Below are positions 1 through 12,979 of a stretch of DNA of 64,000 nt, piece after piece. The stretch's first letter is position 1. Each line of letters opens with the position of its first letter. The notes under the pieces are model-generated. The model did not search any database, had not been told where the DNA came from, and saw nothing but the letters and a program-made list of their open reading frames with translations. The stretch spans positions 17,422,001 through 17,486,000 of the forward strand of contig NW_026889763.1 in the NCBI RefSeq assembly GCF_033153115.1. The letters are read 5' to 3'. This DNA comes from Saccostrea echinata. Taxonomy: Eukaryota. A program made the translations under genes and the position numbers.

Positions 1-425
1 GAAAAATGGTTTTTTTGATATTTAGTGTAAACTAATTACTGTAACGGTAAACATAAAATAGGATCATGTTAGTGGTATTACCATAGTAATGAAACAATTA
101 ACCCATGGTAACCTGATGGAAAGTTTATAAGTGACACAAAGAATTGCCCAGCCATAGAGATAAAACACATAATGGATATCATAATTAAGATGTATCTGAC
201 TTTTCGTGTACATTTGGAGTACCAAGAAAGGAGATGGGTGAACAAGGCGTGCAGAATGCCTATATAAAATCATATTCAGTTTGTGAATTTTAGTATTTAG
301 AGTAAAGTTCTCATTACTGAAAATTATGAAATTATGATAAGTTTTCTGGGGAAAATTTTCTAGGCAAAAATTCTGGTATTAAAAAAATAATGTGGTATTC
401 ATGGTATTTGTGAGGTTCAAACCCT

Positions 426-528
426 AGCAATAAAAATCCTGAGTATCATTTTTCCTTTGAGACTAACACGCTTACCACTACGCTACACAGCTCTTGATGA
501 ATTGTGGCATTTGAATCATGTTTGTGAT
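426..528 (-). repeat. Left arm of a ~103-bp inverted repeat pair (partner 1878-1979); contains a tRNA A-box-like motif
   Basis: agcaataaaaatcctgagtatc...catgtttgtgat is the near reverse complement of 1878-1979; GTAGCGTAGTGGT on the minus strand. Confidence 0.8.
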
Positions 529-570
529 ATGACCCTGGACCAGGGACCTATATACTCACTTCAAGTATAT

Positions 571-800
571 TTAAAGGGTTTTTATCACGTATCTAAATAT
601 TTAAAAAATGAAACACTATTATATTCTTGAAACATATAATTATCGTTTAAATATGAAATAACTTTGAAAACAGTCATAATTAGGCGATAAAACGCCCGTA
701 ATATGGAGTTCTTGAAGTAAAAATCTCCACTAATTAGATAGGGGTCACGTGGTACTGAAACGTCATAGGTGTCAATGGTCAATTAGAACTCGTAAAGCTT
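571..800 (+). mobile_element. 5' end of a non-autonomous TTAA-type (Kolobok-like) DNA transposon
   Basis: Starts ttaa-agg; shares attagatagggg-tcacgtggtactg--acgtcata with the insertion at 41894-42095. Confidence 0.45.
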
Positions 801-1424
801 ATCGTAAGAAAAATGTATCAAATAGATTTTGACGTTAAATAATATACACTACACAATAAGGTCGGTGGAAATTTTGACATCGACGATATTCTTTCAGTTA
901 TAGACGGTCAATCTTTTATGATTGAACGTCTAGCAGAGAGAAATAACCAAGAAAATATGCTGACTATAGGAGAGAACATCAAAGACGAAGCCGTTGACAC
1001 CTCAGGACTTCCGACTAAATAGAGCGAGTAACTAAAGTTGGACTTCTTAAATATTTATTAATATTAGAATTTTAAATTCAACTTTTTCATTATTTTAATA
1101 AACTGTATATAAATATTCTATCTGTTCCAGTGAATCTCATGTACAAGAAATGACATTTCTTCAACACTGTTCGGTGGCGCCGTACGCCATTACGAAGTTC
1201 ACAACATTCCTACTAAGCATGTACTAGATTGCGTGTTGTGTATTTTTTTTTCCATTTTAAAAAGGTACCATGTCCTTAAGATATTTTATAGTACAGAAAA
1301 AAAATCGTGATCGGGCATATATGATTGTTCTGAATGGAGACAAAGCCCTCGCGTTTGCAGAAAAAAGGGCCCCTTTCACCATACTTGCCAACCTCCAACA
1401 TGTAAAAATCTGGTCATTACGCGT

Positions 1425-1582
1425 NNNNNNNNNNNNNNNNNNNNNNNNNNNNNNNNNNNNNNNNNNNNNNNNNNNNNNNNNNNNNNNNNNNNNNNNNNNN
1501 NNNNNNNNNNNNNNNNNNNNNNNNNNNNNNNNNNNNNNNNNNNNNNNNNNNNNNNNNNNNNNNNNNNNNNNNNNNNNNNNNN
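1425..1582. other. Assembly gap (158 N)
   Basis: Run of N. Confidence 1.
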
Positions 1583-1877
1583 TTCTTTTATTAAACAGAG
1601 GCTTTAACTTACAATGACAAAAAATTAATATATATTGATTAAATTTACATGTTAAAAAAGAGCATTGAAGGTTTCATTATTCAGTATTGACCTGGATTAA
1701 GTGTGCATTTTTCTTAAAATGAAAGCTTTTTCAGAATCTGCATTGTTATTTTGAAGCACATGTTTGTGCTAAATTTGAAAGTATTCCAATTTTGGTCTTG
1801 AAGTTATTTTTCCTCTCCCGAATTAATTAACAAGTGCAATATGTATTAAATGTACAGTTAGACCTACCCTATCTTCG

Positions 1878-1979
1878 ATCACAAACATGTTTTAAATGCC
1901 ACAATTCATCAAGAGCTGTGTAGCGTAGTGGTTAGCATGTTAGTTTCAAAGGAAAATGATACTCAGGATTTTTATTGCT
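1878..1979 (+). repeat. Right arm of the inverted repeat (partner 426-528), cut off at the junction with the Pao fragment
   Basis: Direct sequence comparison. Confidence 0.8.
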
Positions 1980-1984
1980 GATTA

Positions 1985-4576
1985 AGATGATTCCTTAGGG
2001 TTTCAAATACAGTTAAAGAACCATCCTACAACAAGAAGAGGCATACTTTCTGTGACAAGTTCCATTTATGACCCACTCGGCATTGTAGCGCCATTTGTTT
2101 TGACAGCTAAATCCATACTCCAACAGTTGTGTAAAGATGGTGTAAGATGGGATGATGAAATTGATGGAACCATGTTAAAGAAATGGAACAGCTGGCTCAT
2201 GCAAGTGAAACATCTGGAAGATGTAAAAATTGAAAGATGTTACAAGCCAGGGAATATTGGACATTCTGTGTTATACCAGTTACATTGTTTTGCGGACGCA
2301 AGCACACTTGGCATGGGAGTTGTCATATATTTGCGCATGTCTGATGATCATGGAAATGTACATTGTTCCTGCGTCATGGGCAAATCAAGAGTGGCACCAT
2401 TGAAAACAATGACAATACCTAGGATGGAACTCACCGCTGCAACATTAGCCGTCAAGTTAAGTAAACTGGTGGACGAGCAATTAGACTTTCCTAAGAGAAA
2501 ATACATTTCTGGACAGACAGTACAACAGTACTTCGCTACATCGCTAACACCAAGACTAGATTCCAAACCTTTGTCACCAATCGACTTGCCATCATCAACG
2601 CCCATACAACTTTTGATCAATGGCATTATGTGAACACAAAAGAAAATCCTGCTGACTGTGCATCTAGAGGAATATCTGTGATTCATAAATTCATAGATCA
2701 TCAGTTGTGGTTTCATGGACCTGAATTCCTCCTGAAATCAGAATCTACTTGGCTTTTGAACTGTGACACTGATACTACTATTGGGGTTAACGACGTGGAA
2801 GTGAAAAAATGCATCAACACTACCCTTATACAGTCTTCCTTCAATGGTGTTGAAAAAATTCTTCAGCATTTCTCAGATTGGAAAAGACTTAAAGTCACGG
2901 TTGGATGGTTCTTGAAAGCCAAGGATAACTTGAGAAAAATAGTCAAGCAGAAAATAGAAAGAAGAGAAAAAATGATAGACTCTGGAGCTTCAAAGGAGAG
3001 AATCATGCAGATTGAAAGAGTGGAAAGTGAAACAAGAGTAAAGGAGTCCAAGAAGGCAAAAGCGATTCCTTTTCTCAGTACTGATATCCTCGACAGAGCT
3101 GAAAGAGAACTTGTGGCATATGAGCAAAGGCAGTATTATGCAAATGAATTGAAAATTCTTGGAGACAAACATGGATATGTCAAAAAATCGTCACAGCTTT
3201 CTAGATTAGATCCTACCGGTATTTTACATAAAGGAGTCATCAAAGTCGGGGGCAGACTAGAAAAGCTAAACGCATCTTTTACCACTAAGCATCAGATGAT
3301 CATTCCAAAAAATTCCACACTGACTAGGATGATTGCTATAGATGCCCACAGATCTGCAGGACACATGGGCAAGAATGCTACTTTAGCAGTCATTCGAGAG
3401 AAGTTTTGGATACCCGGTATTTCATCTGTATTAAAATCGCTTATCTCAAAATGTGTTATATGCAGACGATACCAGTCTCCTCCAATGCACCAAAAAATGG
3501 CCAATCTACCTTCTGAAAGATTGGAAACAGATGATCCCCCATTCACCCGTGTAGATATGGACTACTTTGGACCATTTGAATTGAAGAGAGGAAGGAGTAT
3601 GGTGAAACGATATGGTGTAATATTTACCTGTCTTAATACACGAGCAGTCCATCTTGAAGTGTCATTCTCTTTGGATACAGATTCATGTATTGATGCTATT
3701 CGCAGATTCATCGCAAGGAGAGGAAAACCTAAATTTATCCGATCAGACAATGGTACAAATTTAGTGGGTGCAGAAAAGGAATTAAGAGAAGCTATCAAGA
3801 CATGGAACGTTAACCAAATTCATTCTCATTTGTTGCAGTCAGGGATAGATTGGATGTTTAACCCACCATCAGCATCACATTTCGGAGGTGTCTGGGAACG
3901 ACTTATCAGATCCGTAAGAAATGTGATATTTTCCGTTTTACATGAACAAACTATTTATCTGAACGATGAAGGACTCACAACTTTGTTCTGTGAAGTTGAA
4001 GCAATTCTCAATGGAAGACCTTTGACGCCCACATCAGATAACCCTAGTGATCTAAGCGCTTTGACACCAAACCATTTGCTACTTCTTAGATCTGGAGAAA
4101 CTTGCCCACCTGGAACTTTTTCACAGATGGACAACTACGTTCGACGTAGATGGCGCCAGATCCAATATCTCGCAGACATCTTCTGGAGAAGATGGATTAA
4201 AGAGTATCTACCCCTTCTTCAGAGCAGGCAGATGTGGTTAAAGGAGGGACGCAATGTTAAAGAAGGTGATTTGGTTCTTATTCTTATTTTGACCTCTTCA
4301 CTTAAAATTAGATAAATTGAAAGAAAAATTTACCTCGAGGCGCTCGAAAAGTCCGCCATTGAAAACTTAAGCGATAACCCTATATGACGTAGTTTCTCCG
4401 CCCTGTTATTGTTGAAAATGGCCCAAGGAATTATTGGAATCTTGGACGATTTCTGGAGGTTCAAAAAGACAGACATAATATTGTGCGTGTTATGAAAGTG
4501 AAAACTGTGTCCAATATTCTTACACGTCCAATAACGAAACTGTGTCTTGTGTTGGAGTCGGATGACAGAGACTAAA
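1985..4576 (+). mobile_element. pol: Bel/Pao LTR retrotransposon pol remnant (RNase H region + integrase), 5'-truncated and disrupted
   Basis: Pao motifs YDPLG, LHCFADAS, KSRVAP, TIPRMEL, FWTDS, NPADCASRG; integrase HHCC (AHRSAGH...CVIC) and DDE core (DYFGP, SDNGT, GGVWERL); frameshift near 2500; ~125-bp insert at ~4282-4405, after which IVENGPRNYWNLGR...RPITKLCLVLE resumes. Confidence 0.95.
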
Positions 4577-4659
4577 TTGTTTCACATGTTTAAAGATGTT
4601 AATTGCTCATTGGAAAATTGTAAAATATGTTCTGTGTAGGACCATATTTTAGGGGCCGG

Positions 4660-5300
4660 TGTAAGATTGATATTATATTATTGTCCAAATTTATCCGGAT
4701 CAATTTATTTATCCAATTTTGTCAGAATATGAATTTTCAATCTTGACGTGTGAACCCGCCATTTTTGCACGATTTTTCGATGTTTACCCAAAGCTGTAGT
4801 GAGTTTGAGCTGTTTTACCTTAGATTTTTGGATGAGTTGGAAAATAATCACGGTAATTACCTTTTTTATGGTTGTATAAATGCAGTGTTAACTTCATATC
4901 TTTTTGCATACTGTATTTTTGGAGTAAACAAGGTTAATATTCAGTTTGAGTATATGATGTAAATTAGCGTTCTCACACGTTAGATGTTAACGTCATTTAT
5001 ACATTTCTATTCACTTAAATTATTCAACACCATCATGCATTACTAGTTTATTACATAAAGTATTCATATTTATTGTATTCAGTATTATCAGTCAGTCGTA
5101 TGGTGCATCATTTCGGTCATATTTATATAATGTACAGCATTGTAAGTTCTGTTTATTTTTTTTTGCTGTAGTCAATCTTTTCCCTTTCCTTTACCATTTC
5201 CTTTACCTATGTTGATGGAAATAAATGATGGAAATAAATGATGGGAAATGAATGTGACAGTTTGAGAAATATGAAAGGAAAACAGTGTCATAGCACTACA
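4660..5300 (+). repeat. Probable 3' LTR of the Pao element
   Basis: Purine-rich tract aggggccgg followed by TGT at 4660; AATAAA at ~5220 and ~5233; ends ...actaca at 5300, where Naiad-like homology begins. Confidence 0.6.
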
Positions 5301-6955
5301 TATGTTAAAATCTCGCATTAAGCGATTGAGGGCCAAAAATGACAACCAACTATCCTTCTGTGTTCAATAATTCAGAAGTGAAAAAAGAATAAGATAGATT
5401 ACACGATCAGTATATACTGGTCCCTGCTGACAAAGCAGGTAACAACATTGTCTTTGTTTGTAAGGCTCATTATTTAAATTGAATTTTAGAGGAACTGGGA
5501 TTTAATTCTACAAGTGGTAATCCAACTTATACCCATATATCCCTTTCTAAGGAAGAAATTCTTCAAAATCATATGTCAGTTTTGAATATTTTCAATATTC
5601 CCAACAACCAAAATGAATTTGAATTACCATATTTATACTGGACTCCGAAACTTCATAAAAATCCTTACAGAGATACATGGCGGGTCCCTGTAAATGGTCT
5701 ACCAAGCCTCTTTCTTTACTCCTCGCTGAAATATTAACAGTAGTGAAGGAGAAACTTCAGGAGTACTGTGCAACAATATATTCGAGAATTGGTGTAAATC
5801 AGATATGGATACTTAAAAATTCCAAGGAACTTTTGGAAAATTTGAAAACACAAAATTTTACCAAAATCAACAACATAAAAACTTACAATTTTTCAACTTT
5901 ATATACAATTATTAACTAAAGTACAAGCTTTTTGACATCATTGACAGCTGCTTTTTCACTAAAAATGAAACTCGTAAATTTGCTTACCTTGTCATTGATT
6001 ATTTGCAAAATGATTTTGTTAAAAAACATTCTGATTGTACACACAAGTACTCTGAAGTTGATATTAAAAAGATGCTTGGTTGAGTTTCTGATTGACAATA
6101 TCTATGTGGTTTTTGGAGACCAGGTGTTTCAACAATCTATTGGAATTCCCATGGGTATCAATTGCACCCCGTTATAAGCAGACTTATTTTTGTATCATAT
6201 GAAGCAGAATTTGTTCAAAATCTTAAGCGTGAAAAGAAGAAAACACTTGCTGTGGCCTTTAACTCGACATGTAGATATATCAACGACGTATGTCAATTAA
6301 CAATGGTTATTTCCATTCTTATGTCGATATGATATATCCCGGTGAGCTAGAAATAAAAAAATACCACAGAGTCTGACACATCTGTTTCATATTTGGAAAT
6401 TTTACTAGAAAAAGACGTTAATGGTGATTAAAAAAACAAAGCTTTATGAAAAACGTGATGACTTTAACTTTTCAATCGTCAACTTCCCTTACTTATGCAG
6501 CAATATACCTTTATCACCTGCATACTGGGTTTATATCTCTCAGTTGATTCGATACGCAAGAGCATGCTCTAGGTATGACCAATTTCTAAAACGAGGTAGG
6601 TTATTGACAAACAAGTTGATGAAACAAGAATATCAGCAGTCTCGTTTAAAGTCATCATTTGGTAAGTTCTATGGTCGATACAATGACCTTGTTAGCACAA
6701 TACAATCTATCATTAAGGCAAATGTTAGGCCATTATTTACACACTGAATTGTCGGCGAATTTTTTCGTTATTTCCCCATCATTACAAGGAGCACACGGCG
6801 TATGTGACCGGTCGGCACGGGATGCTCACTCCTCCATGGCACCTAATCCCACCTCTCTGATGTTTTAGAGGTCCGTGTTTACTCTGCTCCTGATTTGTAT
6901 TGTTTAATGGACTTTTGAGCTTGAATACTGTTCGTTATTTCCATATATTTCCATA
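5301..6955 (+). mobile_element. Penelope-like retroelement (Naiad-type, C-terminal RT), degenerate copy 1
   Basis: LVPADKAGNNIVFVCK, YLYWTPKLHKNPY, KTYNFSTLYT, QSIGIPMG, KRDDFNFSIVNFP, YISQLIRYARACS, KFYGRYNDLV; no endonuclease after RT; multiple stops and frameshifts; conserved 3' tail. Confidence 0.85.
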
Positions 6956-7597
6956 AGCTCAAAAGCTTATCAAGCTACTGTGAATATTTTAACTGATTTG
7001 TGAAAAGAAAAGGACTGACTTGAAAAAAAAGTCATGAGAAAAAAGAGACCTTTTGTAGCTTACCACTCCTGAGGCTTTACATTTTGCTATACTTCTCGAC
7101 ATATTATCACACTGTTGCAGAACGTTCAAAGACATTGAATATTTCATATGTGCCCATAAAAAAAACCCCGACCCTCATTTTGATGTACTGAAACATAGTC
7201 CTCACTGGAAGAGGGATGAACTTTATACATTCATGATTTCCCCCGTTTTTCACCAGCCAAGTGTCCGATTCGTGTCCCCTCATAATACAAATCGGACTCT
7301 TGGCTAGCGAAGATGGAATTCCAACTTCTCATCAATTGATTCGTCTTTTAATTTATTAGTTTTATTTTTTGTTTCCTTTTTGATCGTCAGAATGAGTCTC
7401 CACCTTTAGGCTTTACTGTCCATTCCGGAGATAGTTTTTGATTTTATGTCGAAATATTTAAGTAAGAAATCTCAATCATTGAACTGTACCCTTAGAGCTC
7501 AATATGAGCAAACAATGTGCCTGGCGTTGGTCATTATGGAATCGTCCGGACATTAGAAGAAATCATACAGTAGAAACATGGTGAGTCTCCAGAGCAC

Positions 7598-8372
7598 TTA
7601 TTCCAAAGTGTATAAACTACGTAATCTTAAACTCTTGTCAGTATTTTTCAGATCCTCCTCGTCATTAACCTTTCTGAAACCAAGTAGATTAAGCACATCT
7701 TTACACTCGTCTTCAATCAGTCGAACATCCCTTAATTTCAATCTTTTTCTCCATGATTGAGATGTTAGAGTGGAGTTCGAGCGAATTGTTCCGTAAAAAG
7801 AATCGTTTGGGTTTCCGGCGGAAGTGTGATTAAAAATCCATTCATCAAAGCTATCACTGAACTCTAAATTCAAATTTCTGTATAATTTATTTGACATATC
7901 TATTGGATTCTCAGCTAATTCCTCATACAGCACTGTAATGATGCGGTTAGGAAACCGTCTTTGCAGAACTTTTGAATATTCTACGTCTGTCTGGATTCGT
8001 TCACACAACCATTTAGCACTCGAACTAATTTTTATTTTTCGTAAATATCCGCCCCGTTTCCTGGAGTCCATGGTTCCACGAGGATCTCTCAGTAAGTGAA
8101 TAATACGAAGATCCGGGAACTTCAACAAAAGGCGAGGAACAAATTCCATAGACAACCGGATAGTTTTGACAATTATTGCATTAGAATGGTGACAAATTGC
8201 CTGTACCATCTTCATACACGTGTCGAAACCTGGTCTTGACTTGCAGTAAGGAATCGCACTCATTACCGCCAAACTGTGCTTTCGCGGACCAAGAATATTT
8301 CGCTTATGTTCTTGCAGACGACAGCGGAAGAGATCGCCAAAAACCTCTAAAATTTCACTGGTGTTAAATTGC
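7598..8372 (-). CDS. Carbohydrate sulfotransferase (CHST1/3/5-like), last coding exon
   Basis: VKTIRL, 3'-PAPS-binding IIHLLRDPRG, YEELAENP; acceptor ttgcag|G is phase-compatible with the upstream exon; stop at 7598. Confidence 0.9.
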
Positions 8373-8528
8373 CTGCAATAAGCATTATATTTTATTACTT
8401 TTAATTTTATTCGATTTGTTTTAAAATGTAAAGGTTTCAACATAGTTGTGTTCCAAATCAATTACTCAGAGCCTTTTGGTTGGACATTGAATTCAATACT
8501 TGTAGTTGATTTTATCATAAATACCTAC

Positions 8529-8724
8529 GAACAGTTCATCACGGCTGTTTCGCAAGCTTGGCCATCCAGGAATATTTTGGACTTATACAATTTCAAGGGC
8601 TCGTACAAGTAAAAAGCTTGCGGAGATTGCTGAAGAATATCGCCGGTCAAGGTAGATCCACTGCGAAGGTAGGTTAGCACCAGAACCAGCCGTTTCCCTG
8701 GGCGACGACGAAAAACAGGATACG
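8529..8724 (-). CDS. Carbohydrate sulfotransferase, exon with the 5'-PAPS-binding motif
   Basis: LTYLRSGSTLTGDIL...FYLYEPL; donor TC|gtaggt; acceptor tttgttag (alternative cccag ~27 nt downstream). Confidence 0.85.
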
Positions 8725-9237
8725 CTAACAAAAAAGTTACCCCACTTAATGTAAACCGATTTTCATTTGCAAACTTACAAGGATAAGCTAAATTCCCAAT
8801 TATCAAGACTCAATTCAGACATACTGTAAATGACAAGACGATCGAGACTCGGGTAATTTTGCTTGAACAAGCTTATCTTGTATTGAAAAGATAGGTGAGC
8901 TAGTGTTGTAGCCATCGTAAAACACAGAAGTAGATATCTGAAACATTGATTTAATTTTCTATATTGATTAATTACTAACAGGAAGACACAGTGGTGTACT
9001 GGGGGTTGTGTTGGGGGACTGGGGATCTCAATTTAGAATGGATTGGGCTTTAAGTCGGCAATGACATAAGTCATTAACTGTGTTTTAAGCATTCTGTAGT
9101 TACTATAATTTCAATTTAAGGTGAAAAATAAATTTATTCAAGAGATCAGTAGAACTAATGAGCGAACTGTACTGCATTCTGAGGCATGTGCAATCTTAGT
9201 TTCCCCCATAGCATCCAGTTTATCATCCTCGCTTAAC

Positions 9238-10490
9238 ATGTTTTCTTCGTGGACCTCAGGGTCCAGACAATCAAGAATTTCAAATGATCGAGGCTTGAGC
9301 AAATCAAAATGAGAGTCACCTGAACACAAGTATATCGTCTATCATCAAAATAATCATCAACTTGTCATGTAATTATTATGCTGCCGTATTTAAAATTTTA
9401 GTAAAAGAAAAAATAATTAACCGATAAACTTTCTTTGGGAATTCAGCGAAACATTTCAAACATCTATTTAGAAAGTTATGGGACGCTAGCTTACCAAAGC
9501 ATAATAAAATACTAGCACAAACTTGTTATTTTTCTGTCTTGTATTTATTCCTTCTAGAGCGTCTATTGAATTTGTACCCTGTAATATACATGAAAATATA
9601 TTTTATACTGTTAAAAAATAGTATAAAAAGTATAGAGAGTGAATCATAGCTATAAGAAGTCATTGTTGTGCGCTGCACATAGAATGAGGAGGGGGAGAGG
9701 TCGTTGGCTAGTCAACCTCTTTCTCTTTGCTTAAAAACAAACAAACAAACAAAACGACTTGCCTTAGTTACCTTATTATGATGAATTTAAGTATGTTTCT
9801 TAAAATAAATGAGATTCAGATTTTAAAAAATAAGAGAAAGTTGTTTATAAAAGATGCGGATATATCTTATTAAAAAAAAGCTTTATACGTGTTCAGGTTC
9901 AGGTGGATTTTGGGTAAACGATTTAAGCAAAAACATACAATATACCGTATACTCTGGTTTTGTGACCTCGATTAAGACGCACACTGTACTGGTAGAAGGA
10001 CAATACATACTGAAAACGTTATCTTACAGGTGTTAATGGTGCACAAAACAACGACAAAGCATTGATAAATCCACACAGTCAAAACACTTACGGTCAAAAG
10101 GCAGTTGTAGAAGTACTTCCAGAAATAGAAGAACTACCAATATTACTGTACAGAGTGGGAGAAGGAATCTCTTTGACCTCTGAAAGTAAAAAAAACAAAC
10201 ATTTCTTGTCATTTCCAGATGGTGTCATGTACAAATTTTGAAATGAAAATTCTGATCTAAATGCAATATCGTTGACTCGTAATGATTTCCCTAGAAATCA
10301 ACTGGGGGAGTTTTGAAATATTAAACCGAATCTACATATCCTTAATATCCGTAATGTGACGAAAAAAAGTCAAAATTCTGAAATCAATTTTAATTACTCG
10401 AAATCAATAATAAATATTCTTTTTATTCTTTTGAATTTTATATAAAAGACAAATTCATACTATAGTAAAATATTAAGTACTTACCAACAT
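9238..10490 (-). CDS. Putative 5' coding exons of the sulfotransferase (10485-10490, 9495-9578, 9238-9319), encoding a type II membrane anchor
   Basis: CACC-ATG TTG|gtaagt; spliced product MLGTNSIDALEGINTRQKNNKFVLVFYYALVTLILICSSLDHLKFLIVWTLRSTKKT; the last donor (gttaag) is weak, so the join to 8724 is uncertain. Confidence 0.5.
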
Positions 10491-11224
10491 GGTGCACAGT
10501 ACAGTACGATAAGGACTTTGTAGTCAATACAGACAGGGCAGCATGTTACAGAAACTACCTTCCTAAGCCGATTTCACGAGCAGCGTACCTTTGTCATCGT
10601 TGAAAATCAATTTATCCGATTTTGCAGATTGTATGAGCATGCGCATATCTATATGCAATATGCTTTAATTTCTACCAAGATAATCCAAAACAAAATTTAT
10701 CTCTTCCCTTTGAGACAAATATACTAGTATGAGAGTGGATATCAAAAATAGGGAGTTTCTTTGTAACACGTGGTTCTGTGGATCTGAAGCGTTATTGTCG
10801 ATAAACCTTCGTATTTTATGGATTTAGAAAATGTTATTGGGATTATTAAAATGAACGATTTTATACATGGTGTTCTCCTTATCAGTGGAATAATTCAAAT
10901 ATCACAAAGACACAGGGATAAAAAATGTCACGTCACTCTGGAATATTCAAAATTGTGGAGACAATTAAATATAAAGATATCGTTGCCTCAAATTTTACTG
11001 AAAATGTTCCAATGAAGCAAATTTACTGAAGTTTTCATAGGAAAGTTGGTTGCGTTAATTTGGTGCGTCTCTTGTGTTAAGGTCATGCATGTCTTTCTCT
11101 CTTTTGCCGTGACATACCCATTTTGAGGAGATTGGATATCAACTGAGACAAAACTCTTTATGTTGGATATCAAAATAACTGTTGATATCTATATCAACTG
11201 AAATCAGACTCCTTCCATTTGCCA

Positions 11225-12292
11225 CTTTGTCAGAATGGATTAAATGTACTAGTATCAGGTGATTGTTGAAATGGCGCATTGAGCGATTAAGGGGCAATAT
11301 GAAAGCGATCTATCCCTCTGTCTTTGACAATGAAAAAGTGAAATAAGATCTAGAATTAGATAGATTACACGATCAGTATGTACTGGTCCCCGCTGACAAA
11401 GCAGGTAACAACATTGTCTTTGCTTGTAAGGCTCATTATTTGAATTTTATTTTAGAGGAACTAGGATTTAACTCTTCAAGTGGCAATCCAGTTTTTGGAG
11501 ACCAGGTCTTCCAACAAACTGTACCAATTGCGCCCCCCCCCCCCCAGCCATTAGCAGACCTATTTTTTGTATTCATATGAATCAAAATTTATTCTACATG
11601 AGAAGAAAACACTTGCTGTGCTCTTCAACTCGACATTTAGATGTATCGACGACGTAGCAATTAACAATAGTTACTTCCATTCATATGTCTACTCGATATA
11701 TCACAGTGAGCTTGAAATAAAAGATTCCACAGTCAGACATATCTGTTTCATATTTGGATATTTTACTAGAAAAAGACTTTAATGGTAACCTAACAACCAC
11801 GCTTTATGATAGATGTGATGTCTTCAATTTTTCTATCGTCAACATCCCTTACTTATTATGTAGAAATATACCTTTGTCTCCCAGTTGATTCGATACGCAG
11901 GAGCGTGCTTTACGTATGAACAATTTCTAAAATGGAACAAGCTATTGACAAACAAGTTGATGAAACAAGGATATCAACAGTCTCGTTTGAAGTCATCATC
12001 TCGTAAGTTCTATGATCGATACAATGACCTTGCCAGCAAATACAATCTATCATTAAGTCAAATGCTGACTGACATTTTTCCAACTAATTGTTAGGCCATT
12101 ATTACACACTGAATTATTTACAGATTTTTCCCGATTATGACAAGGAGCACACGACGGGTGTGACCGGTCCGCAGGTTATGCTCACTCCCCTATGGCACCG
12201 CCTCTGAGGTTTTTAGAGATCCGTGTTTGCTCTGCTCTCGATTTGTATTGTTTTAATGGACTTTGAGCTTGGATACTGTTCGTTATCTCCAT
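11225..12292 (+). mobile_element. Naiad-type Penelope-like element, copy 2, with a large internal deletion near 11490
   Basis: LSEWIK, VPADKAGNNIVFACK, QLIRYAGAC, same 3' tail as copy 1. Confidence 0.85.
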
Positions 12293-12299
12293 AATTCTA

Positions 12300-12575
12300 T
12301 TTAGTATTGATTGTAGTATATACTAGTAATCAAAAAGAACCAGTCCCCTTATTTGAAGTATTAACTGTTGATATCAGCTAGAACTAGACTCCTCTCTATA
12401 GTAATAGCTGGATGTCAAGAAGAACAAGATTTCTTATCCCTAGTATTAATTGTAGATATCAACTAGAACGAGCCCTTTTATCTTTAGGATTAAATGTTGA
12501 TATCAACTAAGACGAAGTTCATAATCCCTTGCATTAACTTGGGATATCAACCAAAAAGAGTTTCTTTTCGTTAGT
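12300..12575. repeat. Degenerate ~42-bp tandem array with palindromic GTTGATATCAAC-like core
   Basis: Recurring gatatcaact units; related units at 11130-11210 on the other side of the Naiad copy. Confidence 0.6.
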
Positions 12576-12685
12576 ATTATTTATATTAAAAAAGAACTAC
12601 ACGTGGAACTAGTCAACTTGTAAGAAATTTCATACATTTAAAAATCTCTTGAATCAAATTTCATGATAAATATGCAGTGTTTGAT

Positions 12686-12979
12686 TTACAACTCAGTTGA
12701 AAATAATATAGTTCCGGAGAAAGACGAATACATATAACCATGGAGAAAGGATGCTCTTTGGAGTATGCGCAGCCAGACTTGTTGTCCTCGGCGCAGTCTC
12801 AAGATGGCGGTGTTGGTTGCTGTTGACCACAGTGGTAGACTCTCCGCCCAAACTCTCATAACCATTTGTTCGTGGGGAGGTTCTATCGAGTCTTTCCCTA
12901 GTTTCAACACTTGTGGCACTGGCTGTGTTCTGTTTAGTTGTAATAATAGAGGATGTGACGTCATCAGATCCACAGCTGC
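12686..12979 (-). CDS. Collagen + C1q-domain protein (C1qTNF-like), coding exon 3
   Basis: ttatag|GCA GCT GTG; ...AILRLRRGQQVWL...SSFSGTILF; TAA at 12686. Confidence 0.92.
   Translation of the reverse strand, partial: AAVDLMTSHPLLLQLNRTQPVPQVLKLGKDSIEPPHEQMVMRVWAESLPLWSTATNTAILRLRRGQQVWLRILQRASFLHGYMYSSFSGTILFSTEL

Noticed and set aside
1270-1617. 115-aa ORF
   Set aside because: It spans the N gap and is an artefact.
5301-6955. Selenocysteine recoding/SECIS, as reported for some Naiads
   Set aside because: The copies are frameshifted and contain TAA stops as well as TGA; I could not identify a SECIS by eye.
8779-8823. Possible small sulfotransferase exon with a good acceptor and gtaagt donor
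   Set aside because: The frame needed to join the next exon contains TGA and the intron would be only 54 nt; unresolved without RNA data.
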